A stretch of DNA of 64,000 bases, from positions 78,488 to 142,487 of the forward strand of contig JAFTST010000051.1 in the NCBI GenBank assembly GCA_017467165.1, in the 5' to 3' direction. The translations under genes were made by a program, and so were the position numbers. The DNA is from Clostridia bacterium (GTDB taxonomy: Bacteria > Bacillota > Clostridia > Oscillospirales > CAG-272). Below are positions 63,601 through 64,000 of this stretch, piece after piece (positions within the stretch are counted from its first letter, which is position 1; every line of letters starts with the position of its first letter). The notes beneath the pieces are model-generated. The model did no database searches and was not told the origin of the DNA. It saw only the letters and a program-made list of their open reading frames with translations.

Positions 63601-64000
63601 AGAAGAAGGCTCTGTATGATCAGGCAACTCCTTTCTACTTCGCTCTTGACGGCAGCGTTGAGGGTGCTATGGACGCGGTTGACGTCTTCGATCAGCACAC
63701 TGAGCTTCTCCAGAATATCGAGCGCTCGTCAGAGCGCTTCATCGAGGCGGTTGTGCTTCTTACCGCGGCGGAAACCAAGGAGGAGCTGTTCGCCCGTCTT
63801 GTCGACTGCTATGCATACAGCCTTGAAGCTGAGTCCAGCTTTGACGGTGTCGCCGAGGCTATGGAGATATACAACGAGAAGTACGAGGCTTACTGCAACG
63901 AGGTTACCGTAGCGAATGAGATTATCACTGAGACTGTGGTTGTGACGGGCTCGGTACGCTCGAATTGCGGTGTTACACCTATCATCGCGGTTATTATCAA
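60663..64000 (+). CDS. 5' part (>1112 codons) of a giant secreted protein: helical N-region, LamG-like beta-sandwich, tandem helical repeats; continues past the window
   Basis: Hand translation line by line from ATG 60663 meets no in-frame stop through nt 64000. Signal peptide MKNLKKILVVLCVIAALSVGAVLASFA-AD. Codon usage resembles neighbouring genes. Only short antisense or off-frame ORFs are listed here in the track. Confidence 0.85.
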   Translation, partial: MKNLKKILVVLCVIAALSVGAVLASFAADVSYTGTMDKLTPLIDDVPVQAVNGTDMTYNALKRVINYLTKTPVNPNSAGYKEKMATLDPYIADTINAYSDLAVAASDTQEKKSHLNKIVNLVEGFGVKDEALVSSYHAAAISTADAFLNVGLAPETTAFADVKGAYDTAMDIIRTASVNDEGLNAKITQLAEKMLVTYLNAIDTASGMLAKDKAIDEALAFLADAGIDDETNVAKITSKIPKALLDSCGAISSIDSSVGKNSELSDISSFITKHNLTDEASVSAFESAAFVVAEGFLGDIEDTKVESTAQNAIKVNLLQSFVDKGYLNPETNEEYAALLQDFEARKALQAAAKEANKQAMLAQSTLPDYDMSTLIDTDFSSGRNPFASSPGSVQNKGTNFAGLSNGTFTITYGGSQTNGNTYAEYRFPDNTGLKGLVVDFDFCTFSALPYGGFSLEGGGISPIGKIPDGYNVMSGGNIVVYPTYFWIDVDGTVYANDGNNTALLENSLVPGQWMHYTCIFNNDDFTFSLYCEYELLGTYPANFFRDGSYTEMTYDLIRARFNGSTTGSGEFSLDNLQVYQGTTLRDIGLLERLAGEERFTYFANYYLDENRDVMGRKLAYNEVSRLLPEYWEWTNAEKTEGNYLTENAEIRALIDDINAFDYDGFSRKLRAHNLSEFSARVDDFSEMLRNLDVVNISDRIKVANSIDEFITKTGNDIDRNDQYDATNKLFLRLRTEAYTDSNSLEFIKWVKRCHNMTTLSAKQKYYDKATECLYMEGCPIDVSDELLNREGFEELKAAYALYLNSLAEIETTQRNENSKKIIACVDLISKYQRDEWDANYEYISRFVSIIRTIVNENNYNAAYEGLVDAIEIYSEYNEYFYSVLQQRHIDELTARLEYVANNDAYIEKSGTLAYIGRYLEANKDNIDPDNEIINDLVRKYETALAEVKFREEDYDKVLVQNAHYFVALVEKMRITETYSEKKALYDQATPFYFALDGSVEGAMDAVDVFDQHTELLQNIERSSERFIEAVVLLTAAETKEELFARLVDCYAYSLEAESSFDGVAEAMEIYNEKYEAYCNEVTVANEIITETVVVTGSVRSNCGVTPIIAVII

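Noticed and set aside
60672-63698. Series of minus-strand ORFs (60672..61004, 61253..61585, 61419..62207, 62268..62678, 63075..63698) and short plus-strand frame-1 ORFs
   Set aside because: All lie inside the uninterrupted plus-strand frame that starts at 60663 with a promoter, RBS and signal peptide. They are fragmented, overlapping and low-complexity.

Overview
This 64-kb chromosomal window looks like a moderately GC-rich, spore-forming Clostridia-type Firmicute. The gene content supporting that is rnfCDGEAB, a Re-citrate synthase/aconitase/IDH operon, a SpoVAF/GerA-family gene, AGGAGG-type RBSs and TTGACA-17-TATAAT promoters. I can support about 57 protein genes, 2 tRNAs (Thr-GGT, Lys-CTT), one cobalamin riboswitch, several near-consensus promoters/operators and a set of rho-independent terminators. 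Most of the window is housekeeping: purine and Asn metabolism, pfkA, holA, comM, tcdA and TCA-branch genes.

The unusual content is:
(1) A >1112-codon secreted ORF (60663 to the window end) is absent from the supplied ORF track because it never reaches a stop. It combines a LamG-like beta-sandwich with tandem ~65-75-aa helical repeats. It shares modules with a 1365-aa secreted heparinase II/III-like protein (4607..8704).
(2) A leaderless paralogue of that lyase-like protein is paired with an MFS permease. A GH88 lipoprotein and a SASA-type esterase lie elsewhere in the window.
(3) An extracytoplasmic flavinylation neighbourhood is built around rnf. It includes a double-length RnfG with two FMN-binding-like modules, RnfE with a Cys-rich tail, ApbE, a duplicated-domain lipoprotein with a non-canonical AGCT motif, and a NusG_II/Gx-transporter/MATE trio.
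(4) Two AT-rich cassettes are present. One is an orphan membrane-protein island bordered by a nested GATGAAGTC inverted-repeat element. The other is a SLOG(DUF1273)-XRE pair next to tRNA-Lys.
(5) Several proteins look like pseudoenzymes or truncated enzymes: an MGS-like protein lacking catalytic residues, an MBL fold lacking HxHxDH, GuaA without its GATase domain, and a mini-PPase.

I saw no CRISPR array, transposase, integrase or rRNA. All family calls come from motif recognition by eye; no searches or computations were run, and the GC statements are visual estimates.
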